Part shown: piece by piece, positions 31,501 to 43,472 of the stretch
Position numbering within the stretch: the first letter of the stretch is position 1
Layout of the letters: each line of letters begins with the position of its first letter
Assembly: GCA_963758915.1 (NCBI GenBank)
Contig: CAVWXH010000016.1
Location: forward strand, 381,789-445,788
Length of the DNA: 64,000 bases
Direction of reading: 5' to 3'
DNA from: an uncultured Methanomicrobiales archaeon
Lineage (GTDB): Archaea; Halobacteriota; Methanomicrobia; Methanomicrobiales; Methanospirillaceae
Notes under the pieces: generated by a model
Database searches by the model: none
What the model was told of the DNA's origin: nothing
The model's input: only the letters and a program-made list of their open reading frames with translations
Made by a program: the position numbers and the translations under genes

Positions 31501-34500
31501 ATCGTTACTGAAGCGCCTGTCCAGCCGGTAGCGGATTTCTCTGCAGACCCGACAACCGGACCCGCCCCCCTCTTCGTGCAGTTCACCGACACATCAACCG
31601 GCCCCCCCGCAACCTGGAACTGGAACTTTGGCGACGGCAACACCTCAATTTTGCAGAATCCAGCCCATCTCTACGGGATCCCGGGTCTCTATACGGTATC
31701 TCTTACCGTGGTTAACGCCGAGGGTAACAGCACAAAATCCGTAAGTGATTTTATTAACGTCACCGGGACTCCGCCGTGTACTGAAAAGGGTTACTTCCTT
31801 GTCCACTCGAATGTGAACGGGGCCGAAGTATGGTTTAACCAGACATTTAAAGGAGTTATCGCTGACGGGACACTCCTGGTCGAAGTATGTATCAATGAGC
31901 CGCATTTCACCACTATTACCGTGGAAAAAGACGGCTATTACCCGTTTAACCAGAACATTACGGAGTACCCGGTGAAGGACCAGACGATTGACGTATATGC
32001 CAACCTGACGCCAATAGTCCAGCCGGTAGCGGATTTCTCTGCAGACCCGACAACCGGACCCGCTCCACTGCTCGTGCAGTTTACCGATACATCATCCAAC
32101 TCACCGACCTCATGGAGCTGGACATTCGGTGACGGTAACATTTCAACTGAACAGGACCCGGTTTACTCTTATGGGACCAACGGCCTCTACACGGTATCAC
32201 TTACCGTGTCGAATCCGGCAGGTAGCAGCACGAAATCCGTCTACGACTTCATCAACGTCACCGGTTGTCCAGAAAAGGGGTTCTTCCTCGTCCACTCGGA
32301 TGTGGACGGTGCAGCCGTTTTCTTTGACCAGACTTCAGAGGGAGTTATCTCCAACGGGACACTCCTGGTCGAAGTATGTATCAATGAGCTGCATTTCACC
32401 ACTATTACCGTGGAAAAAGACGGCTATTACCCGTTTAACCAGAACATTACGGAGTACCCGGTGAAGGACCAGACGATTGACGTATACGCCAACCTGACGC
32501 CAATAGTCCAGCCGGTAGCGGATTTCTCTGCAGACCCGACAACCGGACCCGCTCCACTGCTCGTGCAGTTTACCGATACATCATCCAACTCACCGACCTC
32601 ATGGAGCTGGACGTTCGGTGACGGTAACATTTCAACTGAACAGGACCCGGTTTACTCTTATGGGACCAACGGCCTCTACACGGTATCACTTACCGTGTCG
32701 AATCCGGCAGGTAGCAGCACGAAATCCGTCTACGACTTCATCAACGTCACCGGTTGTTCAGAAAAGGGGTTCTTCCTCGTCCACTCGAATGTGGACGGTG
32801 CAGCCGTTTTCTTTGACCAGACTTCAGAGGGAGTTATCTCCAACGGGACACTCCTGGTCGAAGTATGTATCAATGAGCCGCATTTCACCACTATTACCGT
32901 GGAAAAAGACGGTTATCACCCGTTTAACCAGAACATTACGGAGTACCCGGTGAAAGACCAGACGATTGACGTATATGCACCCCTGACACCCGTTATTGTC
33001 CCACCGGTTGCGCTGTTCACCGCCCATCCCAGGTCCGGTGGTCCCCCACTACCAGTCCAGTTCGATGACCTTTCAACGGGAAGTCCCGTTTCATGGTACT
33101 GGACGTTCGGGGATGGCAGCAGCTCAATGGAACAAAACCCCGCATACACATATTATGGCCAGGGCAGGTACAACGTTTCACTGACCGTTTCTAATGAGGC
33201 CGGAAACAGCACGCTGGAGATCGGGGACTATATTGATACTTCCGGCGGCCCGACACCCCCACCCATATCAGACTTTACTTCGAATGTAACGGGAGGATTT
33301 ATACCGCTTTCAGTCCAGTTCACTGACAAATCAATCGGATATGTGGAATTCAGGGAGTGGAATTTCGGGGACGGGTCCCCCCTATCAACGGAACAAAACC
33401 CGGTGCATACGTACACGGCAGCAGGGAAGTATAATGTCAGCCTGTATGTCCAGAACAGTGCAGGATATATGGTGTGGACACAACCGGGTTACATCACGAC
33501 ATCAGGACAGGTAAGCCCCGTTGCAGGTTTCACCACCAATACAACATCAGGGCTTGTACCGCTTACGGTCCGGTTCACCGATGCGTCAACCGGGTTCCCG
33601 ACCATGTGGACCTGGAATTTCGGGGATAATGCGAGTTCTTCTGAACAAAGCCCGGTTCATACCTATGTATTGCCAGGAACCTACACGGTTGCATTATCTG
33701 CCTCAAATTCGTTTGGCAATGATAGTGTGGTGAAACCCGGCCTCATCAGCGTGCATGAAGAACCAATCCAGTTTACCATTACCGCAACGGCAGGTCCCAA
33801 TGGAAACATCAGCCCGTCCGGTCAGATACCAGCATGGGAGGGAAGCAGCCAGGCATTCAGTATTATCCCGGATGCAAACTATGAGGTTCTGAACGTCCTT
33901 GTTGATGGTGAATCAAAGGGACCCGTAACCAGCTACACCTTCACTAATATCCAGTCAAATCACGGAATAGAAGCGATATTCAGGAGCACAGCCGGGACGA
34001 CCTTTAATATCACGGCATCTGCCGGAGCGAACGGGGGTATAACTCCTTTTGGTATCGTCCCGGTACCGGAAGGTACTGATAAAACATTTATGGCCACACC
34101 GGACGCCGGCTACCTTGTTTCTAATCTGCTCGTGGACTCACAGTCTGTCGGTCAGGTCACCAGTTACACGTTCCATAATGTGACTGCAGAACATACCATT
34201 GCTGCAGTCTTTGCCAGGGATTCTTACCAGATTGTTTCAATGGCGGGAATAAACGGGACAATTATTCCAAACGGTAAGGTTATTGTTGCATATGGCAGTA
34301 CCAATAACTTCACCATAACGCCGGAATCGGGCTACAGGGTCGACGATGTAATGGTCGACTCGGTATCCAACGGGGCACTGACAACGTACCAGTTCACCAA
34401 TGTTCAGGCAAACCATACCATTTCAGCATCGTTTACCGAAGATGTGTATTATATATCTGCAACCACTCAGGGTCCCGGAACCGTGACCCCTGCAGGTACC

Positions 34501-35064
34501 ATCCAGGTACTTCCAGGCTCAAACCAGACATTCCAGATACGGCCTCAAAGCGGGTATCTTATCTATAAGGTCATGGTTGACGGTTCTTATGCAGGCCAGG
34601 TAACATCCTATGAATTCGAAAATATTCTTTCAAACCATACTATTGATGCCTACTTCGTCTCACCAGGCAGCGGCGGTGGCGGCGGTGGAGGGGGAGGAGG
34701 CGGTACTTACATTGCTCCGGAAGCGGTAACCCCAGTACCTACCACGAACATAACCGGGGCTGATGTCCTGAAATCAGGGACAGAACACTCAGATACCACC
34801 GGGTCCGGTGACCAGACCGGCACGATAAAAACGATAACCACAGTGCCAACAGAACTACCGGTGACCGATGTGACCACAGTCGTGACCACAAGCCCGCCGG
34901 TTGTCACAACGCCACCATCAGGGCCCGCTCCCGTCTGGTCAAAGATCCCGATGAACCTGCTCCTGCCGATAGTAATCATCCTGATCATTGTTGTGATTGG
35001 GGTCGTCGGGTACTATCTCTACTCACGAAGGAAGACACAGGACCAGTTCTTCGACCAGAAATAA
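28538..35064 (+). CDS. Giant surface protein (about 2170 aa): SBBP beta-propeller repeats, multiple PKD domains, PEGA-like and Ig-like repeats, Gly linker, C-terminal TM; 3 frameshifts
   Basis: YSTYLGG/IALD..GNAYITG.T.S.NFP repeats; 7 WxWxFGDG-type PKD motifs; four A..NG.I.P.G/VDG repeats. ORFs 28424, 29293, 29582 and 30364 join by single indels. Confidence 0.88.
31867..32978 (+). repeat. Near-identical intragenic tandem repeat, period 489 bp (about 2.3 copies)
   Basis: GGGACACTCCTGGTCGAAGTATGTATCAATGAG recurs at 31867, 32356 and 32845. Confidence 0.95.
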
Positions 35065-35121
35065 TTATTAAATTTTTTTTACATTCTGATAACCAGTGAT
35101 ATTGTTACGGATTTTAAAAAT

Positions 35122-35380
35122 GGTCTAGAATGCTCTGAGAATTTCAGCGACTTGGTCTTCAAATTTCCGTCATGCTCCCGGGACTCCGCCCCGCCGGACT
35201 TTGGCGACCCCGGTTGGGATAGAGACTATCCTCCTATCTCCATTTAATGAGCCTTCTACAAACCCTGCCCATAATGCAGAATATCTTAATACGGGGGTGA
35301 GACAGGGAGGGGGTGAAACCCCTCCTGTCTTCGTAATTCCCTCTTATTTTTTTATATCACCTAAGGGTTTCAACAAAACC
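35122..35380 (+). mobile_element. MITE-like repeat, copy F
   Basis: CTTTGGCGACCCCGGTTGGGATAGAGACTA, hairpin GACAGGGAGGGGGTGAAACCCCTCCTGTC, end AAGGGTTTCAACAAAACC. Confidence 0.85.
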
Positions 35381-35594
35381 GAATTGCCCTTTAATGCCTG
35401 AATATCCTTCCCTATATTACAGGATATTTTTTATTCAGACTAATATCAGGGTCTATATTTTTGAAAGACGAAAACGATTCAGAACAGGGTATTTCTCATG
35501 GTGATCCTTCCGGCACGTGCCCTTGTTAGACAAATACAAAAACAAAGACTTACAAAACAAGAAGACAGTTTATCACTGAAAGGAGAGGCGGGGA

Positions 35595-36566
35595 ATGGAG
35601 GAGAACAATACTATATGGATAGAAAAATATCGGCCCATACGGCTCCGGGATATCGTGGGCCAGGACGAGATCATTGAGCGGCTTACATCGTATGTCGGAA
35701 ACGGGAACCTCCCCCATCTCCTGTTCACCGGAAGCGCCGGTGTAGGAAAAACAACTGCCGCGGTATCCCTTGCGCGGGAGTTCTTTGGTGAGTCGTGGCA
35801 CATGAATTTCAGGGAACTCAATGCTTCAGATGAACGCGGAATAGATGTGGTCCGGAACCAGATCAAGCAGTTTGCCCGTACGTCCCCCCTCGGCGGTGCC
35901 ACCTTTAAGATCCTCTTCCTTGATGAGGCTGATGCGCTGACGACTGATGCACAGGCTGCGCTCAGGCGTACCATGGAGAGTTACGCACAGACGTGCCGGT
36001 TCATTTTATCGTGTAATTATTCCTCCAAAATCATAGATCCAATCCAGAGCAGGTGCGCAATTTATCGTTTCAAACCCCTTGCAAAAGCGGCAATAGCAGA
36101 AGAGATCCAGAAAATATGCCAAAATGAAGGAGTTACGGTAACCCCGGATGCCATCGATGCCATTGTCTACGTTGCACAGGGGGACATGAGAAAGGCAATC
36201 AACGCCCTCCAGGGTGCCGCAATTATCAGCCCGTCGGTTACCGGGCAGATGGTGTATGCAATAACTGCAACCGCACGTCCTGACGAGATTGACCGGCTCC
36301 TGGACTTCTCGCTGGCAGGCGATTTTGAGGCTGCAGAGAATGCGCTTTCACAACTCCTTCATGAACGGGGCATTGCACCCAACGAACTCCTGAACCAGTG
36401 CTACCGGACACTTCTCCGCCGGCCGATAGACCAGAGATTAAAGGTTATGTTGATTGATTACATCGGTGAGACCGATTTCCGGCTTTCTGAAGGGGCTGAC
36501 AGCGATATCCAGATGGAAGCGCTGATCGCGAAATTTGTGATGGCTGCCACACAAAAACATGGGTAA
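35595..36566 (+). CDS. rfcS: Replication factor C small subunit
   Basis: [34 protein letters not shown] motif. Confidence 0.97.
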   Translation: MEENNTIWIEKYRPIRLRDIVGQDEIIERLTSYVGNGNLPHLLFTGSAGVGKTTAAVSLAREFFGESWHMNFRELNASDERGIDVVRNQIKQFARTSPLGGATFKILFLDEADALTTDAQAALRRTMESYAQTCRFILSCNYSSKIIDPIQSRCAIYRFKPLAKAAIAEEIQKICQNEGVTVTPDAIDAIVYVAQGDMRKAINALQGAAIISPSVTGQMVYAITATARPDEIDRLLDFSLAGDFEAAENALSQLLHERGIAPNELLNQCYRTLLRRPIDQRLKVMLIDYIGETDFRLSEGADSDIQMEALIAKFVMAATQKHG

Positions 36567-36757
36567 GGAAGCGGGTATGACAGGGAATAAAGGCAGATTT
36601 TATAGAAATGATATTGTTGTTTCCCAACTTCCACAAGAAGGATTGAGAAATCTCCCTGTGGGTAAAAAAAACAGTATTGGTAGAAAACCGGGACGACATC
36701 CCCCTGTAAGGTCCGGAAATTGTACCCTGATATCATCGGTTATTACAGGGGTGAGCC

Positions 36758-38866
36758 ATGGAGGAACTTGAGGCCGAGATTACCAGCCGGGACGCAGAAT
36801 GGTCAAGGTTCTTAAAAAACAGGTATAAAAAGCAACTTGCAGAATTAACCCGCGAGTACCCATACCGCCGTTCACTCCAGATTGATTACCGTGAGGTCGA
36901 AAGTTTTGGAAAAACAGGGATCAGGCTGGCTGATGAGCTGCTTGACAACCCGGGGAAAGTCCTTGCAGATGTAAAAGATGCGATTAAAAACCACCAGTTA
37001 ATAAAGACAAAAGACGGGCGGGTTGCCGAGCATATCAATATCAGGTTTTCAAACCTTCCAAAAAAAACCGGTATCCGGCATATCCGTTCTGATGATATTA
37101 ATAAGTTCATCACGGTCGAAGGGATCCTCCGGAAAATAACGGAGGTCAGGCCGAGGATCGTCAATGCAGTTTTCCGCTGTCCTGGGGGCCATATCACCGA
37201 GAAAAAACAGGGTTACGGGCAGTTCATCGAACCGGACGGTTGCGCGACGGACGGGTGTACCTTCAAGAAACTCGAGTTAATACCCAAGCGATCGTGGTTT
37301 GTTGACTCACAGAAGATCAGGATACAGGAACAACCTGAAGGGCTCCGCGGCGGCGAACAGCCGCAGACTCTCGATTTGGACGTTACCGACGACCTTACGG
37401 GCATGGTCGCACCGGGAGACCGCGTTGTGATGAACGGGATCCTCCGGTCGATGCAGCGTGTCACACACGGCAGCAAGCACACAATTTTTGATATCTACCT
37501 CGAATGCAACTCGATTGAGGTCGCGGAGAAGGAATTTGAAGAGGTCGAGATCGACGAGAAGGCTGAAGAGGAGATTATCGCTATCAGTAAAGACCCGCAG
37601 GTCTACCGGAATATCGTCAACTCGATCGCCCCGACCATTTATGGGAATGATGATGTAAAAGAGGCAATAGCACTCCAGCTTTTTGGCGGTATTATGAAGG
37701 AGATGCCCGACGGGAGCCACCTCCGTGGGGATATCCACGTCCTCCTCATCGGCGACCCGGGTATCGCAAAAAGCCAGCTCCTCAGGTATGTGATCAAGCT
37801 CTCACCGAGGGGTATCTATACAAGCGGACAGTCATCCACGTCAGCCGGGCTTACCGCAACCGCCGTAAAGGACGAGTTTGGAGACGGAAGGTGGACACTT
37901 GAGGCAGGAGCCCTCGTGCTGGCCGATATGGGTGTTGCAGCTGTCGACGAGATGGACAAGATGCAGAAAGAGGACCGGAGTGCCCTCCATGAGGCGATGG
38001 AACAACAGACTATCAGTGTTGCAAAAGCCGGGATAACTGCAACCCTCAAGTCAAGGTGCGCACTTCTTGGTGCAGCTAACCCAAAATATGGCAGGTTTGA
38101 TGATTTTGCCCCCATATCAGACCAGATTAATATGCCCGCCTCGCTGCTGTCCCGATTTGACCTGATATTTGTCATGACTGACAAGCCGGACAAAAAGAGG
38201 GACAGTGCCATAGCAAACCATATACTTAAAGCACACAGCATCGGGGAACTCATCCAGCAGCACCGGAAAAACCCGATCGAAGGTGTTGATGACGACTATA
38301 TCACCGAGCAGTTGAAACCTGTGACCCCTGCAATTGATCCGACATTATTTCGGAAATATGTTGCCTATGCAAAGAGGACCTGTTATCCGATCCTTTCTGA
38401 TGAGGCAAAAACCGCGCTGATCGCTTATTACATGAACCTGCGTGATATCGCGGATTCCAGTAAACCTGTACCGGTTACGGCGAGGCAGCTCGAGGCACTC
38501 GTCCGTCTCGCAGAGGCCAGCGCACGTGTCCGTCTCTCGCCGAAGATAGAACAGGCCGATGCAGAACGGGTGATTAAGATTGTTGATGCCTGCCTCCGGC
38601 AGGTGGCATACGATGCCAAGAGCGGCAGTTATGATATCGACAAGATGATGACCGGTTTCTCAAAAGGAAAGCGGGACCTGATACGGATGATCAAGGAAGC
38701 GATAAAGAGCCTTGCTGATGATAATGGCCGGGCCTCACGCGAGCACGTGCTCGACAACCTCGTCCAGAAAGGGATCAACCGTGATGATGCACAGCGTCAA
38801 CTCGAGATGCTCCTTACTTCAGGCGAAGCGATGGAACCGAAGTCCGGAATTATCAAATTAATCTGA
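36758..38866 (+). CDS. mcm: MCM replicative helicase (no intein)
   Basis: GDPGIAKS, SSTSAGLTA, VDEMDKM, LLSRFDL, TARQLE. Confidence 0.98.
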   Translation: MEELEAEITSRDAEWSRFLKNRYKKQLAELTREYPYRRSLQIDYREVESFGKTGIRLADELLDNPGKVLADVKDAIKNHQLIKTKDGRVAEHINIRFSNLPKKTGIRHIRSDDINKFITVEGILRKITEVRPRIVNAVFRCPGGHITEKKQGYGQFIEPDGCATDGCTFKKLELIPKRSWFVDSQKIRIQEQPEGLRGGEQPQTLDLDVTDDLTGMVAPGDRVVMNGILRSMQRVTHGSKHTIFDIYLECNSIEVAEKEFEEVEIDEKAEEEIIAISKDPQVYRNIVNSIAPTIYGNDDVKEAIALQLFGGIMKEMPDGSHLRGDIHVLLIGDPGIAKSQLLRYVIKLSPRGIYTSGQSSTSAGLTATAVKDEFGDGRWTLEAGALVLADMGVAAVDEMDKMQKEDRSALHEAMEQQTISVAKAGITATLKSRCALLGAANPKYGRFDDFAPISDQINMPASLLSRFDLIFVMTDKPDKKRDSAIANHILKAHSIGELIQQHRKNPIEGVDDDYITEQLKPVTPAIDPTLFRKYVAYAKRTCYPILSDEAKTALIAYYMNLRDIADSSKPVPVTARQLEALVRLAEASARVRLSPKIEQADAERVIKIVDACLRQVAYDAKSGSYDIDKMMTGFSKGKRDLIRMIKEAIKSLADDNGRASREHVLDNLVQKGINRDDAQRQLEMLLTSGEAMEPKSGIIKLI

Positions 38867-38917
38867 TATTAACCAGACATGGAAAATGATACTCCCTGGA
38901 GATCCGGAGGGACTACT

Positions 38918-39272
38918 ATGACAACAGACCGTGAACTTGCAATATTTGAAGCTGCAATTAAACTTGGTGCACTGTACCACCAGTGGGTGGGAACACCCGT
39001 CTCGCGTGCCTCAGCTGAGTTACTCGAAAAAGCAATCGAAAAGAGTGTCATACTCCAGCCGTATGTAGAGGAGATCTCAGTACAGGCTGGACCGCTCACT
39101 GATGACCCCGAATGTGTACGGGTACAGCGAGGTTGCAGGCCTGATGTTTCATGTCGAAATAGTCACAAGGGTGGGGTTCTCGTATTGCCGGGCGAGGCTC
39201 AGTCCCAGGGACGAATACCCCTACATGGAGATTTTGGAGTGCAATGAAGCCGGAAAAAATACCCCTGACTGA
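38918..39272 (+). CDS. mptD: Archaeal dihydroneopterin aldolase; frameshift near 39082
   Basis: TDRELAIFEAAIKLGALYHQWVGTPVS...LQPYV; after a one-base shift it continues NVYGYSEV...EYPYMEI. Confidence 0.88.
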
Positions 39273-40071
39273 CGACCATATCCATATTGACCCGCTTAAT
39301 GGGAGGGGCATTGAAGCTGCAAAGGACTTCATGAGAGCCGGGGGTACACACATGTTTCTCGTCTCAAAACCCTCCTTTTCTCTCGGTGTTCACCCTGAAC
39401 GGGGATCTGATTTCTGCGCGGTTTTTGATGAAACGCTTCGTATTGCTGATAAAATACGAGAAACAGGGCTTGTAGTTTATCCCGTGCTCGGGGTTCACCC
39501 GGCGGAAATCACCCGGCTTTCCGAAACGATGACTCATGAAGAGGCATCGATCATTATGATGGATGGGCTGGACTTTGCGGCCCGGTATGTCGTTGAAGGG
39601 ACTGCAGTCGCCTTGAAAAGCGGAAGGCCTCATTATGAGGTCACCCCCGAAGTGTTAACCCTGTCAAATGTTGTCCTCTCGCATGCATTCTCACTCGGGA
39701 GGGACTGCAGCTGCGCGGTGCAGGTACATGCGGAGACAGGACCGTGTAATGATATGGTTGCTATGGCCGGATCTGCAGGGATGGACCCGGCCCGGGTGGT
39801 AAAACATTACGCGTCACCTGAAACCCCCCTGATCCCATCCCTGATGGCAAAACATGAGGCAATCCCTGCACTTTGCAGGGAGGGGCGGAGGTTTACCATG
39901 GAGAGCGACTACATGGATGAAAACAGCAGGCCTGGTGCGGTAATCGGGCCCAAGTCAGTGCCGAGGTTTACGAATCGTCTCCTGTCAGAGGGGCTTATAA
40001 CCGGGGAGGATGTACACCGGATCCATACTGATACACCTTCACTGGTGTATGGTGTGGAGATCGTTCTCTGA
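39244..40071 (+). CDS. TatD-related metal-dependent hydrolase
   Basis: DDHIHID, GVHPAE, SGRPHY, QVHAE, MESDYMD..RPGAVIGP. Confidence 0.85.
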   Translation: MKPEKIPLTDDHIHIDPLNGRGIEAAKDFMRAGGTHMFLVSKPSFSLGVHPERGSDFCAVFDETLRIADKIRETGLVVYPVLGVHPAEITRLSETMTHEEASIIMMDGLDFAARYVVEGTAVALKSGRPHYEVTPEVLTLSNVVLSHAFSLGRDCSCAVQVHAETGPCNDMVAMAGSAGMDPARVVKHYASPETPLIPSLMAKHEAIPALCREGRRFTMESDYMDENSRPGAVIGPKSVPRFTNRLLSEGLITGEDVHRIHTDTPSLVYGVEIVL

Positions 40072-40120
40072 ACTGCTACAGATAATATTTTTAATACACG
40101 CCTCCGCCCATAACTAATCA

Positions 40121-40414
40121 ATGTATTTAAAAGTTCATCGGGCACCGGATGGTACAACCGTGATTGCGGTCTGCGACCGTGAGCTGCTCGACCGAAAACT
40201 CAGGCTTGGGGACCTGGAACTCCATGTCAACGAATATTTCTATGGTAATACACCAGCCGACGAAGGTGATGTAACCCGGGCAATCCAGGACGGGGACCAT
40301 ATCAACCTGATTGGCGAACAGGCGGTGGGGATCGCGATCAACCTTGGACTAATCGAACGTTCAGGGTGCCTCGAGATAGAAGGTGTCCCCCACGCCCAGA
40401 TAATCAGGGTATAA
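40121..40414 (+). CDS. DUF424 family protein
   Basis: VIAVCDRELL, FYG, INLIGE.AV, IEGVPHAQ. Confidence 0.88.
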   Translation: MYLKVHRAPDGTTVIAVCDRELLDRKLRLGDLELHVNEYFYGNTPADEGDVTRAIQDGDHINLIGEQAVGIAINLGLIERSGCLEIEGVPHAQIIRV

Positions 40415-40415
40415 C

Positions 40416-41456
40416 ATGAGTATACAGGAATGTATCTGCCCCCGGTGCGGTGGACCGGTTGAAGGAGAAGGATTATGCGGCCGTTGCAGGGGGTCATCAA
40501 CTACCTGGGTCACCTTCGATCCTAGGGTAACAAGTGTCCACTGTCCCACATGTAACTCCCAGAAGAATGGAAGTACCTGGACAGATACCGAACGAGGCAG
40601 GGATGAGATCGGACCTGAAATTGTTCGGGCTGCAGTCCATTTTCATCCCGATATCAGGTCATCTTCCATCAGTATGGTAATCCGTGACAGGACCCTGAAC
40701 AGGTCATATGCCGAGGTAACTGTTACCGGTGTACTGTACGGGCAGGAGGTTCACGCAAACGCTGTCATTGAGATAGTCTGGCAGAAAGAGCAGTGTAACC
40801 GTTGCAACCGGATTAGCGGGAGTTATTATGAAGGGCTTGTACAGGTCAGGGCCCAGGACAGAAAGCTCCTGCCGCATGAATCCCTCCTTGCACAACAAAT
40901 TGCAACCGAAGTGGAAAACGGGATGCAGGCAGGCGGTGATCGGCTTTCCTATATCTCTGAAATGGAAGAGACAAGGGAGGGTCTTGATATTACGATCGGC
41001 TCCCAGCAGATTGGGCTGGCAATTTCCCAGGCTGTGGTACAGCGACTTGGCGGGCGGTATTCAACGCACCCCAAACTGATCGGTGAAAAAGCAGGGAAAA
41101 AACTGTTCAGGATTACCTATTCGGTACGGCTCCCCCGGTATATCCGCGGGGACGTGGTGAGGATTGGGAGGGGTTACGGCCAGATAATGCAAATAGAGGG
41201 GCAGTATATACGGTATCTGGACCTTGCAAACGGACAGGCACGTTCGGCAAAAGAAGAAGATTTTAGCATATTAATCGGAAATGTCCGTGATGCGGCCGAT
41301 GCACTCATCGCGTATGTCGACGGTGATGTCCTTGGAATCATTGACCCGGGTTCGGGGGTAACACGGGAGTGTGCTGTAGGCCCATGGAGGACAGCAGCTC
41401 CGGGCCAGCATATCAGGGTGTTAAAAGATCAGGACACGATGATACTGGTTGGATAG
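40416..41456 (+). CDS. nmd3: NMD3-family ribosome biogenesis protein
   Basis: CPRCG...LCGRC, CPTC, CNRCNRISGSYYEGLVQVR, RITYSVRLP. Confidence 0.9.
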   Translation: MSIQECICPRCGGPVEGEGLCGRCRGSSTTWVTFDPRVTSVHCPTCNSQKNGSTWTDTERGRDEIGPEIVRAAVHFHPDIRSSSISMVIRDRTLNRSYAEVTVTGVLYGQEVHANAVIEIVWQKEQCNRCNRISGSYYEGLVQVRAQDRKLLPHESLLAQQIATEVENGMQAGGDRLSYISEMEETREGLDITIGSQQIGLAISQAVVQRLGGRYSTHPKLIGEKAGKKLFRITYSVRLPRYIRGDVVRIGRGYGQIMQIEGQYIRYLDLANGQARSAKEEDFSILIGNVRDAADALIAYVDGDVLGIIDPGSGVTRECAVGPWRTAAPGQHIRVLKDQDTMILVG

Positions 41457-41457
41457 C

Positions 41458-42333
41458 ATGGTTATACGCATACGGGAGATGCCCCTGGCAGAACTATCAT
41501 CTGTCAGGGACTGCGATTGGGCAGATACGAGCAGCAAACCGTATGTGTCCGGTGAAACAGCCTATGTACCGGTCCGTGAAGGCTATTTCTCTACCGGCAC
41601 CCTTGCTCCCCGCCACCGGTACAGGGGCAGGGGGTACCAGATGATTGGTCCGATTGCAGTGGTACGGGGAGAACGACCGAAACCTGAAGAAGTGATGCAG
41701 ATCGTTGACTGGCAGCACCCCAGAGGTGTAGTATGGGTCAGCTCGCATTCAGGGGTCTGCCGGGTCCCGGTTACGGAAGTCCTGTACGGCAGCACAGGGA
41801 ATGTAATTCACAGGGAATCGGGGATCTCCTTCTGGATAGATCCTTCGAAGGTGATGTTTTCACAGGGTAACAGGACTGAAAAGATGAGAATAGAAGGACT
41901 TGTCCGGAATGGGGAACGTGTGGCAGACATGTATGCCGGGATAGGTTATTTTACATTACCGGTTGCAAGGGCAGGGGGGATCGTGCATGCAATGGAGATA
42001 AACCCTGCTGCCTTCCGGTACCTGCAGAAAAATATAGTGTTGAACAAGCTTTCCGGCAGAATAGTGGCCACCTGTGGTGATTGCCGTGACCTCCTGTCAG
42101 GACTGTATGACCGGGTCATCATGGGCCATTTTGATTCAGCAACTGCACTTCAAAAGGCCCTTTCCCATGTTCACCATGGTTCGATCCTCCATGTCCATTC
42201 ATCAGGACCCCGGCCACAGGATATTACCGGGTATTTGAAGGACTCAGGCTTTGAGGCCGAAATATCAGTCAGGACCGTAAAAAAAACAGGCCCGCGCTGC
42301 TGGCACTACGTCCAGGATGTGACACTGGCATGA
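41458..42333 (+). CDS. Trm5/Taw2-family SAM-dependent tRNA transferase (probably Taw2)
   Basis: HRESGI.F.IDPSKVMFSQGNRTEK, DMYAGIGYF, EINP, DRVIMG. Confidence 0.82.
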   Translation: MVIRIREMPLAELSSVRDCDWADTSSKPYVSGETAYVPVREGYFSTGTLAPRHRYRGRGYQMIGPIAVVRGERPKPEEVMQIVDWQHPRGVVWVSSHSGVCRVPVTEVLYGSTGNVIHRESGISFWIDPSKVMFSQGNRTEKMRIEGLVRNGERVADMYAGIGYFTLPVARAGGIVHAMEINPAAFRYLQKNIVLNKLSGRIVATCGDCRDLLSGLYDRVIMGHFDSATALQKALSHVHHGSILHVHSSGPRPQDITGYLKDSGFEAEISVRTVKKTGPRCWHYVQDVTLA

Positions 42334-43472
42334 GACAGGGGGTACTGAAAGGCAAATGTATCGTACTCGGTGTAACCGGGAGTATCGCGGCCACTGAAAT
42401 GGTCAGGCTCTGCCATGAACTCCGCAGAGAGGGTGCAGCGGTGCAGGTGGTAATGAGCCAGGCAGCATGTGGAATACTCAGCCCCGATGCACTCACGTAC
42501 GCCACCGGGAGAGAGACAATCACCCGGTGTACAGGTATGGTCGAACACGTGGAATACTGTGGTGAAGGGGGAAGAGCTGACCTTTTCCTGATAGCCCCCT
42601 GTACTGCAAACACTATCGGTAAAATCGCCTGTGGAATCGATGATACACCGGTCACAACGTTTGCAACCACCGCGATTGGCCGGGGTTTACCTGTTGTCAT
42701 TGCACCTGCCATGCACGAAAGCATGTACCGGCACCCTGCAGTGACCGGGAACCTTGACCGGCTTATGCATTGGGGGATTGACATAATTCCACCACGGATC
42801 GAAGAAGGGCGCGCAAAAATTGCAGGTCTGGAAGAGATACTGCTCCATGCAAAACGGGCACTCGGCGGGAAGGTACTCGCAGGGAAACACGTCCTTATTA
42901 CGAGTGGGGCATGCAGGGAGCCCATCGATGATGTGCGTGTGCTTACTACCCGTTCAACCGGCATGATGGGGAGGGCACTTGCACTTGAAGCATTCAGGCT
43001 TGGTGCAGAAGTGACGGTCGTCCATGGGGACCGGTTCCCCTGCATCCGAAATATTACTGTGGCAACGGCTGACGAAATGAGGGCCGCCGTGCTGGACGAG
43101 TGCGCCGGGGGAGCCGTGGACTACTACCTGAGTGCTGCGGCGATCTCTGATTTCGCACCAGATCGGGTAGCAGGCAAGATTCCAAGCGGGAAGTCAGTCT
43201 CACTTCATCTTATTCCACTTCCGAAACTGCTCCCGCAGGTCTGTAAGGACGGAAAAGACCGTCCTGTTACCATAGCATTCAAGATGGGAAAAGATGGAGA
43301 AGAACAGGCCCAATCTATGGTAAAGGATGGGGCCAGGATAGTCGTGATCAATTCCCCTGACGTAATGGCATCAAAAAGTGGGAGTTTTGTCCTCATTTCC
43401 AGGGATAACAGGCAGGAGTTGCGGTGCACCAAGGAAGAACTTGCTGAGGAACTATGGAAGAGGCTGCTGTAG
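42330..43472 (+). CDS. coaBC: Phosphopantothenoylcysteine decarboxylase/synthetase
   Basis: LGVTGSIAA, APCTANTIGK, PAMHESM, EPIDDVR..T.RSTG.MG, AAAISDF. Confidence 0.95.
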   Translation: MRQGVLKGKCIVLGVTGSIAATEMVRLCHELRREGAAVQVVMSQAACGILSPDALTYATGRETITRCTGMVEHVEYCGEGGRADLFLIAPCTANTIGKIACGIDDTPVTTFATTAIGRGLPVVIAPAMHESMYRHPAVTGNLDRLMHWGIDIIPPRIEEGRAKIAGLEEILLHAKRALGGKVLAGKHVLITSGACREPIDDVRVLTTRSTGMMGRALALEAFRLGAEVTVVHGDRFPCIRNITVATADEMRAAVLDECAGGAVDYYLSAAAISDFAPDRVAGKIPSGKSVSLHLIPLPKLLPQVCKDGKDRPVTIAFKMGKDGEEQAQSMVKDGARIVVINSPDVMASKSGSFVLISRDNRQELRCTKEELAEELWKRLL

